Assembly: GCA_964187785.1 (NCBI GenBank)
Contig: OZ076411.1
Coordinates: 87,730,001-87,794,000 of the forward strand
Length of the DNA stretch: 64,000 nucleotides
Source of the DNA: Amphiscolops sp. MND2022
Lineage: Eukaryota
Direction: 5' to 3'
Shown here: positions 22,908-34,796 of the stretch, one piece after another
Numbering within the stretch: the stretch's first letter is position 1
Layout of the letters: each line of letters begins with the position of its first letter
The notes under the pieces: generated by a model
What the model was told of the DNA's origin: nothing
Databases searched by the model: none
The model's input: the letters and a program-made list of their open reading frames with translations, nothing else
Translations under genes and position numbers: made by a program

Positions 22908-23123
22908 TTAAATACTATTGTCAGCATTCAGGAATGCATCTGAGGGTACGTTTCCAAAGAAGAGGAAAATGTGGTGAAAGTAGTCCCAATATATAGACGT
23001 TGGGGGAACAGTGATGACTTTCTTCTGTTTTGTTTGGTGGTGTTGGAGGGAAACGTAAAAGGTTAGATTTCGGAAATCTTGTTTGACTACTCTGTAAAAA
23101 TCGTTGTTTATCTTGATGTACAT
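22908..23123 (-). CDS. Accessory ORF-a, 71 aa, unknown
   Basis: ATG start; TAA abuts ORF-b ATG (TAAATG). Confidence 0.55.
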   Translation of the reverse strand: MYIKINNDFYRVVKQDFRNLTFYVSLQHHQTKQKKVITVPPTSIYWDYFHHIFLFFGNVPSDAFLNADNSI

Positions 23124-23997
23124 TGGAGTACTAGTTTCGTCAGTTGATTTATGTAGTCGTAGGTGATGCTAAAATATAAACAAAAACATGCGTATCGACT
23201 TACTTTGTAAAACTCATTTTAGAGGCTTACAAAAGCAATCGCTAAAGAATTAGTGCAAAAACTACTTTTTGCTCGAAACAATGGAGCTTGGGGGCAAAAA
23301 GCAAAAAGTTTACATTACTAAGATAATTGGCGGCTAAAATAAAAGATTAGAAAATTGGAGCTGAAAGGAAAGTTTTGTTTATGATAAAGAAGTTTGGCGG
23401 CTAAACTAATTATATTATTAATAAGGAGGAGTTGAAGTGCTTGGCGGCTGAAATAAAAGGGTAACTATAAAGCTGAAAAGATAATAAGCAAAACGTGAAC
23501 AAAAGCAAGATTATAAAGAGGGGAGCTGAAAGGAAGTTATGAAAGTTTAAACAATGCATGACTTTATTGTTGTTTAACAAAAGAGGGTTTGTTAAAAGAA
23601 TTTATTCTATGATTGTGAACAAAAGAACATTCGACATAACAAAGCAAGTTATTTGAAAGATAAGGTAGTGGGTTGTAACAGATGGGTAGGGAATGTTTGT
23701 GGGGGCTTCTTTTGTTTTCGCAGTTTCTTCTTTGTCTTCTTCATTTTATCTGCTGATTTCTGGGCTGTTAAGTCGGGTGTTCTTCGGGTGTTATTTTCTG
23801 TCTTTTGATTTCGTCTGTCTTTATAACTACGAAGTAGTCCCACCGCCGTTGAACGAAAAGAGAAAATTTTGAGTTTCTCTGCTGTTTTTGCTCACGCAAA
23901 GTTTTTGGGTTGAGTAGCTGGGAAATTTTTTGAGGTAGGGGGTGCTGAAAGTGAAATTTCAATGCGTGTGTTTTCAGATCGCTTTTGTTGATTTGTT

Positions 23998-24345
23998 ATG
24001 GATGCCAATACCATTATTGGAGAGATATGGGATGAGTTTCTTCATCTTCCGGAGATAGACGATCTTGAGGCTGTGAGAGAAGATTTACGCAAACCAGTTA
24101 TTGATCCGCGGGTTCCCGTGGAGATTGCATGGAGTCCACGATTAGATTCAACCCTCACAGTCATATGTGGTGTTGGCCCTAATGTAGGTTATGCTGTTTT
24201 TTCGCTTATGTGTTCGTTTTGTGGTGTACTACAGTAAGGCGATGTAGATTGTATCTGGATGAATTCTTTTTGTTATAGTGTTATGAAAACTTTATTTTGT
24301 TTCAGTGGATGCCAGTTCTTCTTTCCGCTCGAGGAAAAATGGTGA
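23998..24345 (+). CDS. Antisense Cys-containing ORF inside element 2 (spliced or with premature stop)
   Basis: ATG, acidic N-terminus, CSFC; frame continues past TAA 24235 to TGA 24345; 72-nt GTAAGG..TTTCAG segment 24234-24305 spans the stop. Confidence 0.45.
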
Positions 24346-24561
24346 TCGCACAGTTGAGGGCCTGTCATGAAGGCTACAAGAAATTGCGGCAAGCCACAAG
24401 CCGTTTTATTTTTCAATAATGGGCGCCGTCGGATGGTTATCAAGAAGCTGGGGGATTTGGGTGGCTTTATGATTATAGAATAGTCTTGTAAACTTTTTAT
24501 TATCCTTTTAATTGTTGCGTTTTAACCAGACCTTTATTATTCTCTTTGTATTATATAGTAT

Positions 24562-27500
24562 TTAATCCTTATATCCTTTTCTCTCTAAGTTTCGTAGTGA
24601 GCTATCAGGGTCAGAGCGCTTGTATTTTGCTTTTACTTTTGATGTAAAATCAGAAACTTTATTTTTCTTTTTTGGCGATGAAGAAGTAGATTGTTGAGCT
24701 TCATGAAGTTGCGGTGTTGTTCTCAAAATAGTAGGAACACGAATAGGCATAGGAGTCATAGGCAGTATAGGAGTTTGTAGCGGCGGCAGCGGTGAAATCG
24801 TTAAATTTTGATAGTTGTGATCATCATTAGTAGGAGTAGCAGGAGATTGAATTCCTGAATCAGTATTAGGCGAAAGAGTAGCTTGGCTTTTTGAATTTCG
24901 TTGAAAATTCTCTCTATTGTCTCGTATTGGTGAGATGATGAAAGTCATAACATCAAGAGAGCTTCTTTGTTCATCGGAATTGTAGTTATCAATTTGTGAC
25001 TGTACTAAATGTTTGTAGAAGTCACTATCTTTTGTTATAGGCGCATAGTTAGTGATTAAAGGGGGAAGTCTTTCCTCTTTAGGAAAGTATTCAATCAGAT
25101 GATTGCGATGAGTAACTTTGACGTTATCTGGATTAGCGTCCTCTCGGATTTCATATGTAGTGTTCGTTATTTGTTTTGTGACTGTAAAAGGACCAACACG
25201 TAATTGTTTCAGCTTTTGTGATCTGCTTATGTCGGCAGTATGATTTTCTAAGAACACTTTTTGTCCGATGTTGATCGGTCGTCCATGTTTGAATCGGTTT
25301 CTGTACTCATGTGCCTTAGAAGTGATTTGACGGCATCGCTGATAGGTTGACGAATAAATTCGTTTGAAGTCGTTTTCACGAGCTATTAGTTCGTCTGAAA
25401 GTTGCGGTCTGAGTAATCGATCCAGGGATTTGTTCGGTAACAAGTTTTCACTATGTGTATGAGGCTTTAGTCCATCACAGTATTCGGATTTGCATTGTTT
25501 GTTTTTGTCTCGTATTAATCCAAGTTTTCTTGTCATAGGAACTTGAGGTTTGGTCCCAAATACGATTTCGTAGGGGGTAAGTCCCGTGTTATGAGCAAAT
25601 GCAAATTTTGGTGCCACTTTTGACCAATTGTTACCTGACTCGTTTGTGAAGTTTCTCCAGTATCGTGTAAGATGCTGATTCTGTACTTCTACTTTGCCAT
25701 TTGTCCATGGAGAGTACGTCGTTCGCGGAGCAAGAGTTATTCCAAATTCTTTAGTCCAGTTGATAAAGTCACTGTTGATAAAGGCTGTTCCATTGTCGTG
25801 GATTATCTTCTGAGGTATTCCGTAAGATGTGATCCATTTTTCTAGTGCAGTGATAGTAGCTTGTGCGCTAGTATCTTTTACTGGGTAGACACCAATATAT
25901 CTTGAGAATGCGTCAACGACTACTAGGCAGTGGTTATTTGAATTGCTACTAGGTCGAAGTGGGCCTTTGTGATCTATGTGAATTGTTTTAAAAGGTGTAG
26001 TTTCAAGCTCTCCCCATTGTTCTAATGGAGCTTCATGTAAGTCATGACGTTTTGACTTTTTGGTTTGACATTCGATACAGTCTTCTATGAGATAAACAAT
26101 CCATTTGTATTGTCCTGGCCAGAAGAAGTATTGTCTCACATTTTCAAAGGTTTTGAATATCCCAGGATGACCACTGTGGCTATGTGTGTGAGCCAGTTTG
26201 AAGAGTGGTAGAAACAGTGATAGGGGAACACATATTTTCATATCAGTTTTGCTAGTTTCTTGTACTGTTTCGTTATAGCAGAGAAGATTGGTTTCTTCAT
26301 CTATAAAGAGTTGTTCAAAGCGGTTGAAGTATGACAGTAATGCTTTAGATTGATTAATGTCATGTGGTTTGGCTGGGCGTGTGTCAGATTTTTTTATCCA
26401 GCTACGTACTTTCTGTAGTATTGGATCACTGAGTTGTTCTTCAACGAGTGTGTTTATATCCAAGTCAGCAGTTTTAGCAAATTCACTCAGTTTTTGTATC
26501 AGTTCTTAGTGTCAACTTCTGGGTGTAGTTCTGAGTCGATGTTTGTTTTGAGGATTGGTTTCTGTGTTGGTTTTCTTCGGATTGATTCGTTAGCAAGTGA
26601 GAAGTCGTGCAGAAATTCAGAGTCCTTCTGATTTAAATTTAGTTCGGCTATTTCGTTATCACTGTCATAGTTGTTATCTGGCTGCTCTTCAATTTCACTG
26701 TAAGTTTCTTCCTCAATGGTGTAATTTGTGAAGTAGGGACAAACATCTGAACAAAGCCGTTTGTATTGGTTTATCGTTTTTCCGAGTTTAAAACAGTCTG
26801 CTATGTCTTGCATTGTAGCTAGGACTTCGTTGTCTTCTATGTAGTCTTCAATGTGTTGCTCGTCACCGTCGTTTTTCAGGTGTAGGATTTGTCTATCATT
26901 TCCATGCTGGCAGATTATTGGAAAGAAGTCGTTGCAAGAGATATCCTGACTATCTTCATGTTTAATAGTGTAGTGCATTTGGTCTCCTCTTTCATCATAG
27001 AATGATATTTCTTTCGGTATTTCTTTGTGTTGTAACTGAAGTTTGTTAATATCAGACAGTGTTACATTTCGGCTGAGTATATCTGGGAAGGCCAGATTTG
27101 AGCCTGGTGTCCAGATAATTTTCAAGTTATGAAATTTTGTTATGATAACTTGATACTTGAAAAATCGGTGAGATAGTTGTCCTTTTCGTCCCCATAAGTA
27201 GAGGATAGGTTTGTGGTCACAGTATAGGTAGATTGGAAATGGAGAGCCAATTATGTAGTGCTCATAGGTTTGTAGTGCGGATACAATACCGCAGAGTTCT
27301 CTGTGGAGAGTGGACATCTTTTGTTCTGCTTTGTCAAAGACACGAGAATTGAAAGAAACTATTCTTTTACCTTCTGGGAATTGTTGAACTAATATACTTC
27401 CAGTTCCTACGTTTGAAGAATCAACGTGTATGTGAAATGGGTATTCCGTTGAAGGAACTGCTAAGATTGTATCTTCTGAGATTCTTTCTTTTATCTGGTT

Positions 27501-30065
27501 GAAGAGTGTTTCGTGTTGTTCGGTCCACTTGAAGGGAGTAGTGTCTTTTATCAACTCATAAAATGGTTGGCTATCAACATGTAAGTTTTTGATGTAGCAG
27601 CTATAGAATCCTAAGCATCCGAGGACTTTCATCACGTCTCGTTTGCATTCTGGTGACTTCAGATTCTTCAAGTCTTGTACTCGTTTGGCTACTGGTTGGA
27701 TTCCATCTTCGAATATAACGTGTCCGAGAAACTTTACTTTTCTCAAGAAGAAGTGCGTTTTGTCAGGTGCTGCTTTCAGTCCACCTTTCCGTAGAAGTTG
27801 ATGGTATTCGTGTATGATAGTGAACATTTCACCTTTAGACTGTGATTGGAGTAGACTGTCGTATACACAAGATATGTGATAGCTTGTTTCTTTTTCACTA
27901 GTGGTTCGAAGTTGATCGCCATCATTCGGCTGAACCATTGTGGTAGTCCACAAAGTCCATAGAATCCGACTTGATAGGTGTATTGTTTTCCACCTACGAT
28001 GAAACTAGTTAGTTTCTGAGTTTCCTCGCTAAGAGGTACTTGGTGATAGGCACAAGAGAGATCGCTTGCCGTGAAGTATTTGCCGTTGATTCTTGTCATA
28101 ATCATCTGGACTGGTTCGAGTGGCCAAGAGTATTTCGTTAAGTCAGTGATAGAATTCAAGTATCTAGCGTCAATAACAAGTTCAACGTAGTCAGCTTTAG
28201 GTAGGAGAATGATCGGGTTCACAAAGAGTGAACCGAGTTCGTCGTCGTCTCCCATTTCTCTAATGATTCCGGTTTCCTGTAGTTGTCCAAGGAGTTTTTC
28301 GAGTTTATCTTTCAGATGAAGCGGAACTTTGCTAGATCGTTGTTTGCGAAGTTCTGAGTTGGGTTTGAGAGTGACGTGAAACTTCTGTTTGGTCTGACCA
28401 ATGTCGAACTTGTGCTGTGAGTACACATCTCTTGAGTCGATGATCATATCTATCAGTAGAACCAGTTCTTCATCTTCTAAATCTGTATTGGAAATCAAAT
28501 TGTTTGATGAAGTCTTTTATTTCTTGGGGCTGATATTGTAGGTAGTAGTCGATGAGGTCATTGTTCAGCTCTTTGGGCCTTAGTATTGGGAATTGTTCCT
28601 TACACGGAGGCTGACATGATTTTGAGTCCTTGGTGAAGTCCGTTTCTAGTTCATCCTTTTCATTCGTCCATTTGTTTGTATAGTTGTCAATTTCATCTTC
28701 TATATAAGTTTCTGAGTTCGTAGGCTTGTTAGCTGTTTTACAGTCTAGTTCGTTTCGGGAGATGATTTGTATGGGAATTCCAGAATCAGTGAAAGTGTCT
28801 TTTAGTATTTTGAGTACTTCATTCCAAGAAAGTTTGTCAAGTCCACAACCAATCTTTGGCATTGTTACTATGTGAACATTGTTGAGTAAAGCATGGCCTC
28901 TCATATTCTCAAGTGATGTCCCAAGGTTCTCAAGAGTGGGTTTCTCAAAGAATTTGTTTTTTGTGACAAGATTGTATATGAATCTGTTCGAATTGTTGTC
29001 CCAAAAGGGAATGACTGATCCAACAAAAGCTTTTCATTTATAGCAATATTCTTTTAGTCCGTTAATGTTGTTGGTGATGGTTTCGGCAAATCCTTTACTC
29101 ATTTTTGCATCTGCTGATATGCAATGGGCAATGGCGGTCTGACTTTCAAAGATTGTATCATCGTTACCGTTGATGATGCGTATCCCATCCTTAAAGTCTG
29201 TTTCGTGTGGTAGGGTCGAATGTAGCAAGAAACATTCGTTGTACTGATCGTTTTCAGATAGTATGCAATCAACCATTTTAACACAATCTTTTACTTGGTA
29301 TTTCGGTCGTTCGAAATCTAGTATGTCTAGCGCTGAGTAGCCCAGAATGCCTTTATCAAGTGTTATTTGATGATTCTTGTTATTCTCCATCAAGATTGGT
29401 AGGTATCCTTCTGACTGTGTACAGAGCACATTCACAAAATCCAGTCCTGAGTTAGATACTTTCTGATGAGGTATGAAGGTTGTCCCTGGTGCAAAGTTTG
29501 TTTGTTCACTTTCTGGTCGGTATTTGTAGACACGAGATGTTTTAGCATCAACGTGTATCTGATGTGGTATCCGTACTGTCCTGATGAGTGACAAGTAGGG
29601 GTAGGGTTTGGTAGCGCAAAGACTGCCATAGCAAATGGTGTTAGGTGTATCTTTGAGTTCTAATGCCGGAAAATCGAAGTGGAGTTTGGAGATATATTTT
29701 CTACAAAATTCAATACCCAATAGGTTTGCTGTTTTAGTTTCCGTTATCCAAAGTTGTAGTTGAAAGCAATGCTCTCCATCAGAGTCAAAACTAAAGGTTA
29801 GTGTTGTGTGAGCCAACATTGGTATTTCTTCTCCGGTGTATGTTCTCGTTTTTTGTTTACTTCTTACTACTGTGATTGGTTGAAGGAATTTGGAAATCTC
29901 GCTGAAAGTGCGATAATTGATTATAGAGCAAGCTGCTCCAGTATCAATCATGAATTCGGTTTCAAGTCCACTATCTTTATTAGGGTCTCCGGTGGGGAAA
30001 TAGAAAGCGTTCACATGAAAGCGCGATTTGAAGTTACTTTCTTCGTCAGGCTGCGGAGACCTCAA
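24562..30065 (-). pseudogene. pol: Pol of element 2: protease, macrodomain, RT, RNase H, integrase (disrupted)
   Basis: IDTGAA; SDLSCAYHQV; DSSNVG; HSGHPG..CIEC, DHKGP, HDNG, VEVQN. Lesions: TGA 29034-29036, shifts near 28480 and 26505, 5-bp insertion in YLDD. Confidence 0.93.
28760..29185 (-). other. TARG1/OARD1-like macrodomain within Pol
   Basis: AHCISADAKMSKGFA ... RFIYNLVTK ... KPTLENL..SL..M ... MPKIGCGLDKLSW match the TARG1 motif series. Confidence 0.88.
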
Positions 30066-31294
30066 TAGTTTAAAGGAAAGAAGGTAGAGATTGAGTTTAC
30101 AACTTCGTGAGTATCTTCATCGATGAACTGAACGTTATTAGAGACAGCACTAGAATTGTTCGTTGGGAAGTTTCGGTTGTACTGGTTATTTGAGCTGTTA
30201 TTCTGTCTTGCAGGAAAGTTGTAGTTGTTTTGCCCAGAGCGCTGATTCTGTCCGTGGATAGAATTATTCTGGTTATTGAAATGTTGATTTCTATTATACG
30301 GCTGGTTGGAGTTGCTACCATATCTTTGCTGAAAATTGGAGTTGTGGTAGTTCTGTGATCCGAAATTCGGTCCCTTTCTCTTGTTGTAGTCGTTAGTAAA
30401 AGTTGGCTTTTTCTGTTGGTTATCACGATTGTATTGACGTTTTCGGTCGTCATCAAGGGCTTTAGTTCTGCAATATTGTAGAGTATGTCCGTTTCGTCTG
30501 CAGTAGTGACAGAAGCGTGTGGCGTTCTGTCTTGATTTATTGTTTACATCATCCGTTCGGGTGTTGGCTTGATCTAAAGCGTTCACTTGTTGTTCTTTTA
30601 GGAGTGTTGAGAGTTCTCGGACTTGTTTTTCTAGCGAATCTAGTTTAGAATTCTGCTCGTTAGCTGCGTTCGGTACAAACGCTGTGCTCACTGAATAGAC
30701 CAAGACCTTGTTGGCTATGTGGTCTTTGAAATTATCCCAAGTTGTGTTCGGGTGTTCTATCAGGTATTCGTGAGCTTTTCTTCTAAGTCCTGAGGGGGTT
30801 AGTCCCTTGATTGTGAAGTCAATGTACTTCTGATTTCTCAAGTTTTGCTGAGCATCTCTTTCATTTTGATTAGCTGCGGCGTCTATTGGCCATCCTTTAT
30901 CTACTGCTTGTTTGACTCGGTGATAGAAATTTTTGATTAGTTCCTCTTTTCCTCTAACACAGTTTTCAGCAGTTATTCTGTGTCTGTATTTGTCTCTGTC
31001 ATCTAAGAAGCGAGTTATGAAGGCTGTTCTGACTTGAATCCAAGTAGGTAGAGGGTTACCTACGTTAAAACCTTCGTACCATTCTGCGGCTGGTCCACGG
31101 AGAAGAGAAGAGAAAAGTGCCTTCTTTCTGAAGAGGTATCTAGCAGCTTCACCAGCGTCGTTGGGCTGTGATCCCAATGAGAAGTCTATTTTGTTTTCGA
31201 CTGTCAGAAGAAATGATTTAACATCTTGGTCTGGGTCGTTCCCAGAGAACTTGTCCAAAGCTAGATCGGGGAAAGAGACTGCGTTCTGAGCCAT
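30062..31294 (-). CDS. gag: Gag of element 2, 410 aa
   Basis: Retrotransposon gag-like region, coiled coil, CHYCRRNGHTLQYC knuckle, Asn/Gln-rich tail; follows PBS. Confidence 0.9.
   Translation of the reverse strand: MAQNAVSFPDLALDKFSGNDPDQDVKSFLLTVENKIDFSLGSQPNDAGEAARYLFRKKALFSSLLRGPAAEWYEGFNVGNPLPTWIQVRTAFITRFLDDRDKYRHRITAENCVRGKEELIKNFYHRVKQAVDKGWPIDAAANQNERDAQQNLRNQKYIDFTIKGLTPSGLRRKAHEYLIEHPNTTWDNFKDHIANKVLVYSVSTAFVPNAANEQNSKLDSLEKQVRELSTLLKEQQVNALDQANTRTDDVNNKSRQNATRFCHYCRRNGHTLQYCRTKALDDDRKRQYNRDNQQKKPTFTNDYNKRKGPNFGSQNYHNSNFQQRYGSNSNQPYNRNQHFNNQNNSIHGQNQRSGQNNYNFPARQNNSSNNQYNRNFPTNNSSAVSNNVQFIDEDTHEVVNSISTFFPLNY
30068..30074 (-). promoter_or_regulatory. -1 ribosomal frameshift slippery site U UUA AAC
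   Basis: In gag frame CCT TTA AAC TAT TGA; -1 frame is the pol frame; stem GGTCTCCG/CGGAGACC begins 6 nt downstream. Confidence 0.85.
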
Positions 31295-31498
31295 TCTCAG
31301 ATTTGTGATAGTTTGTGTCTTCTTGTGATTGAAGTTCTCTTAGTTAAGGTATAGATGAATAATATTCTGCAATTGAGTTTTCAATAGCAAAATTGAAAGT
31401 GAGTGCACAAAGACAAGTGACAAGGGTGATGAACACGAGAAAGATTCCAGCAATGGGTAGATAGTCCGGGTCTTCAGGAGTTATCATGAAATGAGTTT

Positions 31499-31516
31499 GC
31501 CTCACTGGTCGCACCA
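31499..31516 (-). promoter_or_regulatory. Primer-binding site of element 2
   Basis: TGGTGCGACCAGTGAGGC, 3 nt from the LTR; resembles tRNA-Ile(UAU) complement (inferred). Confidence 0.7.
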
Positions 31517-31519
31517 GTT

Positions 31520-33576
31520 TGTGAAGTGCGTGTAGGTTGATTGTTTGATAAGAAAAATTATAAGTCTCATAAGTCTCAATTTTGGTCTATGTTACGAGTT
31601 CCTTCTTGTTTTAAATCTCAAAGTAGTCTAGTACTTAAAATTTTTGCGACTGTGCCTTCCTACACTTCAACAAAGGTCGTCTCCGGTGTGAGTTCGAAAG
31701 GAAGGACTTTATTTCTACGACCCGGGAGAAAAGAATGATTTGGTCCAGGAATATGTAAATTGAACCTTTCTTTATTTATATTAAAATTGTTACAAATGTC
31801 ACTTATACAAAAACAGAGTGCACAAATCAAACTAAATGAAAAGAATATAACTAAATCTGGTTTAATATCAATCGTTAAAAGATAATGGTTAAGTTACTGA
31901 TTGAAGGAATTATTAAGTTTAATAAGTTATTTTTCAGTTTTTACCAAGTCAGAGGTTAAGCCTCTTTTCTAAAGTGCAGCAAATAGCTAACACGGTGTTT
32001 ATAGTCCACCGATTGTCACGGACTGGGAAAGATAGCGGATTGCTATTCTTTTATTAAAGGACAACAGATTGTTGTACTGGTTTTATAGAGTGCTATACGG
32101 CTACTCTTTGTCTCAATTTGAGAACTGTTCGACTTGAAAAGTCAAACAAAAGCTAAGTTATTTAAGTCTCTTATGACCCAGCTGAGGCTCTGGTGCTTAG
32201 TTTAGAGTCAGTGAGTATCACCAGACTTTGGTTTAGAGTCCACTGTAAAGCATAGACTATTCAATCTTTGTTGAACAAAGACGGTATAATAGCTTCTGTG
32301 TGAAGTCAAAAGTCAACTGAAACTCCAACATAAGAGAATGATTGCTCTAACTTGAGAGCACAACTTGAAATTGTTTTGGCTCGAGAATAGTGACTGAAAA
32401 TAATCTAAGATAAAATTGGTTCAACCTGGAAGCAGTGCTCGAAATCGTCTAAAACAAAATTGCTTTAACGAGAAAGCAGGCTTGACAAAAGTCTAAGGTA
32501 GAATTGCTTTAGCTTGAAAGCAGGGTTGGAAATCGTCTAAGATAAAATTGCTTTAACTAGAAAGCAGGCTTGACAAAAGTCTAAGATAGAGTTGCTTTAG
32601 CTTGAAAGCAGGGTTGAAAATCGTCTAAGATAAAATTGCTTTAACTAGAAAGCAGGCTTGACAAAAGTCTAAGATAGAATTGCTTTAGCTTGAAAGCAGG
32701 GTTGAAAATCGTCTAAGATAAAATTGCTTTAACTAGAAAGCAGGCTTGACAAAAGTCTAAGATAGAATTGCTTTAGCTTGAAAGCAGGGTTGAAAATTGT
32801 CTAAGATAAAATTGAGCCAAGACTTGTAAAAATTTAAAGGTTACTGATTTGAGTTTAAGTTAAGAAAAGGTCTTAGACAAAATTTAGGTTTAAGCAAAAA
32901 CACTAAGTTAAATTAAGTTAAAGTTAAAGTTAAGAAAAGATCTTAGAAAAATGAAAGTGAAAGCTCCAAAAGAAAGTTGAAAGGTTTTAACTAACAGATA
33001 CTGCGCTGCACTGATGGTGGGGATTGAACCCAAGAGGAAGAAGTTGAGAAGAAGAGTGTCCGGGTTTATCGATTTAGTGAAATTGCAAAAGAAGAGCTCT
33101 GAGAGGTGAAGTTTTGGCCCGTATTTATACTAAATTCGCTCGCTTCGTCAACCAATAAAATTCAATCACAGTTGTGATTGGCTGACGAGTATGTCGTCAT
33201 ATGTCGTCATGTCATATGACCATTCAAACGAGAGCGTTTTGTATGTTATTCGCAGGCGTAGCGTCTACGACAAAATGATGTCATTTGACGTCATGTGGTT
33301 TGACCATATAAGGAATGTGTAGTGTCGCTTCAACAGAGCGAGTGAACATATCCGGACGTGTTCACAATTCAGAGTTGAAAGGGGGAAATAATAGAGATAA
33401 AACTACACAAGTTGTGAAAGTAAAATTAAACATCACAAATTCTGAGTTTATGTAATTCGGAGTTGGACGGGGAAATGATAAAGATAAAGTTACACAAGTT
33501 TCGAAAGATAAAATTAAACATCACAAGTTCTGAGTTAATTTCCGTTTATTTCTTTTGCCATATGTCGCACACGACA
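31520..33576 (-). repeat. 5' LTR of element 2
   Basis: Direct repeat of 14887-16946; TATAAATA at 33122-33129. Confidence 0.97.
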
Positions 33577-34170
33577 CTATTAACCAGTATTTTGCAATAA
33601 GGCTCAAATTTGATTTCACAAAAAGCTTTGATCCTCTTTCTGTGCACCAGCTGAGTTTCTGAGACATCAGGTTCTTAAATTTATTGTCGGTAACATTATT
33701 TTTATATTTTTCTGATGTCAAAGTTTTCTCTACAATTGTCTGGCTCATTTGCCGTGTCTAAGCGGAGTATCATTAAAGTCAGTTATTTCAAAACATTCTG
33801 GCAAGTTTGTTTTCATACGAACGACTTCTTTCTAACCAACATTTTTTCTTTCACAAAAAGTTGTGGTACGCTTCTTTTTTCTCAGATGAGATTCGTTCAA
33901 GCCAGGAAATATAAAACGGTCGGAAACGTGGCAACACTCCGGAATAATATTTGTCGAAACTAAAAACCAAAGTCCAGACATTAACAGAAACGAACTTTTG
34001 TAGTCAAGCATAAAAAATGATGTGAAGTTTTTGTTCCGACTTTCAAGTGCGCCGAAAGTAAGCTATATTTTCAATTGTTCGTGCGTTTACTAGAAGCGGC
34101 TACGCTAAAATATTAGATCAACAAAGATACCAGTGGTGTCCAGCTGAAAAATCCTGCCAAACAAATTTTG

Positions 34171-34796
34171 TTTTTTAGTCGGCGCCTTTTCCTTTAAGAA
34201 AAAAAGCCCGACTATTACAGTGGCTAGTTTTTTTTTCTTTTTTTTTCGTCAGACCATAGAGCTCATCGCGTATGTACCACTTTTTACAGAAACTGATAAG
34301 ACTACTCAGGCCAAGTCAGGCCAACGGAAACTTAGTGCAAAGGGTCCCCCTTTCATTTTTTACTTTTTTTACGTAACCTACAAAACCGGAAGAGACCAAA
34401 GGGTCCCTCCTTTCAATTTTTTTTCGGCACTGTGCGAAATTATTTTCGAAAATTTTTTAAGGTCTCAAAAGAGTCCCCCCTTCGAGTTTTTTGATATTTT
34501 GCAACAGAATGTATGTTAATGAATCCCAAAGGGTCCTCCCTTTTCATTTTTCGGCATTATGCGACATTTTCGAAGCTTTTTTTCAAAAAAAAAATTTTCA
34601 AAAAAATTTTCAAATTTTATTTTGTTCCCAGTCGGGAAACAGTGATTTTCCAGTCATATCGAGCATGAAAAGCACACTTTGGGTGTGTCGAAAGTGTTTT
34701 CAAAGCTCTTCATGAATACGTCTTGAGCATATTTAGAAAACTTTGCGCTTCTTGCGCCTTAGATATAGCGCCGACTTTAGACGTTCCCGTCTTGTT
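34171..34796 (-). mobile_element. Helentron/HINE-like repeat copy
   Basis: Reverse-orientation termini similar to 2985-3523. Confidence 0.5.

Larger units (their letters stand above)
14887..33576 (-). mobile_element. Giant env-bearing Ty3/Gypsy retrovirus-like element (element 2), 18,690 bp
   Basis: 2060/2057-bp LTRs about 99% identical by eye, TG..CA ends, 4-bp TSD CTAT (14883-14886, 33577-33580), PBS, gag, pol, env and accessory ORFs. Confidence 0.96.

Noticed and set aside
21713-23123. Bacterial or phage operon (contamination or HGT)
   Set aside because: Enclosed by LTRs with TSD, AT content like the element, no consistent Shine-Dalgarno motifs.
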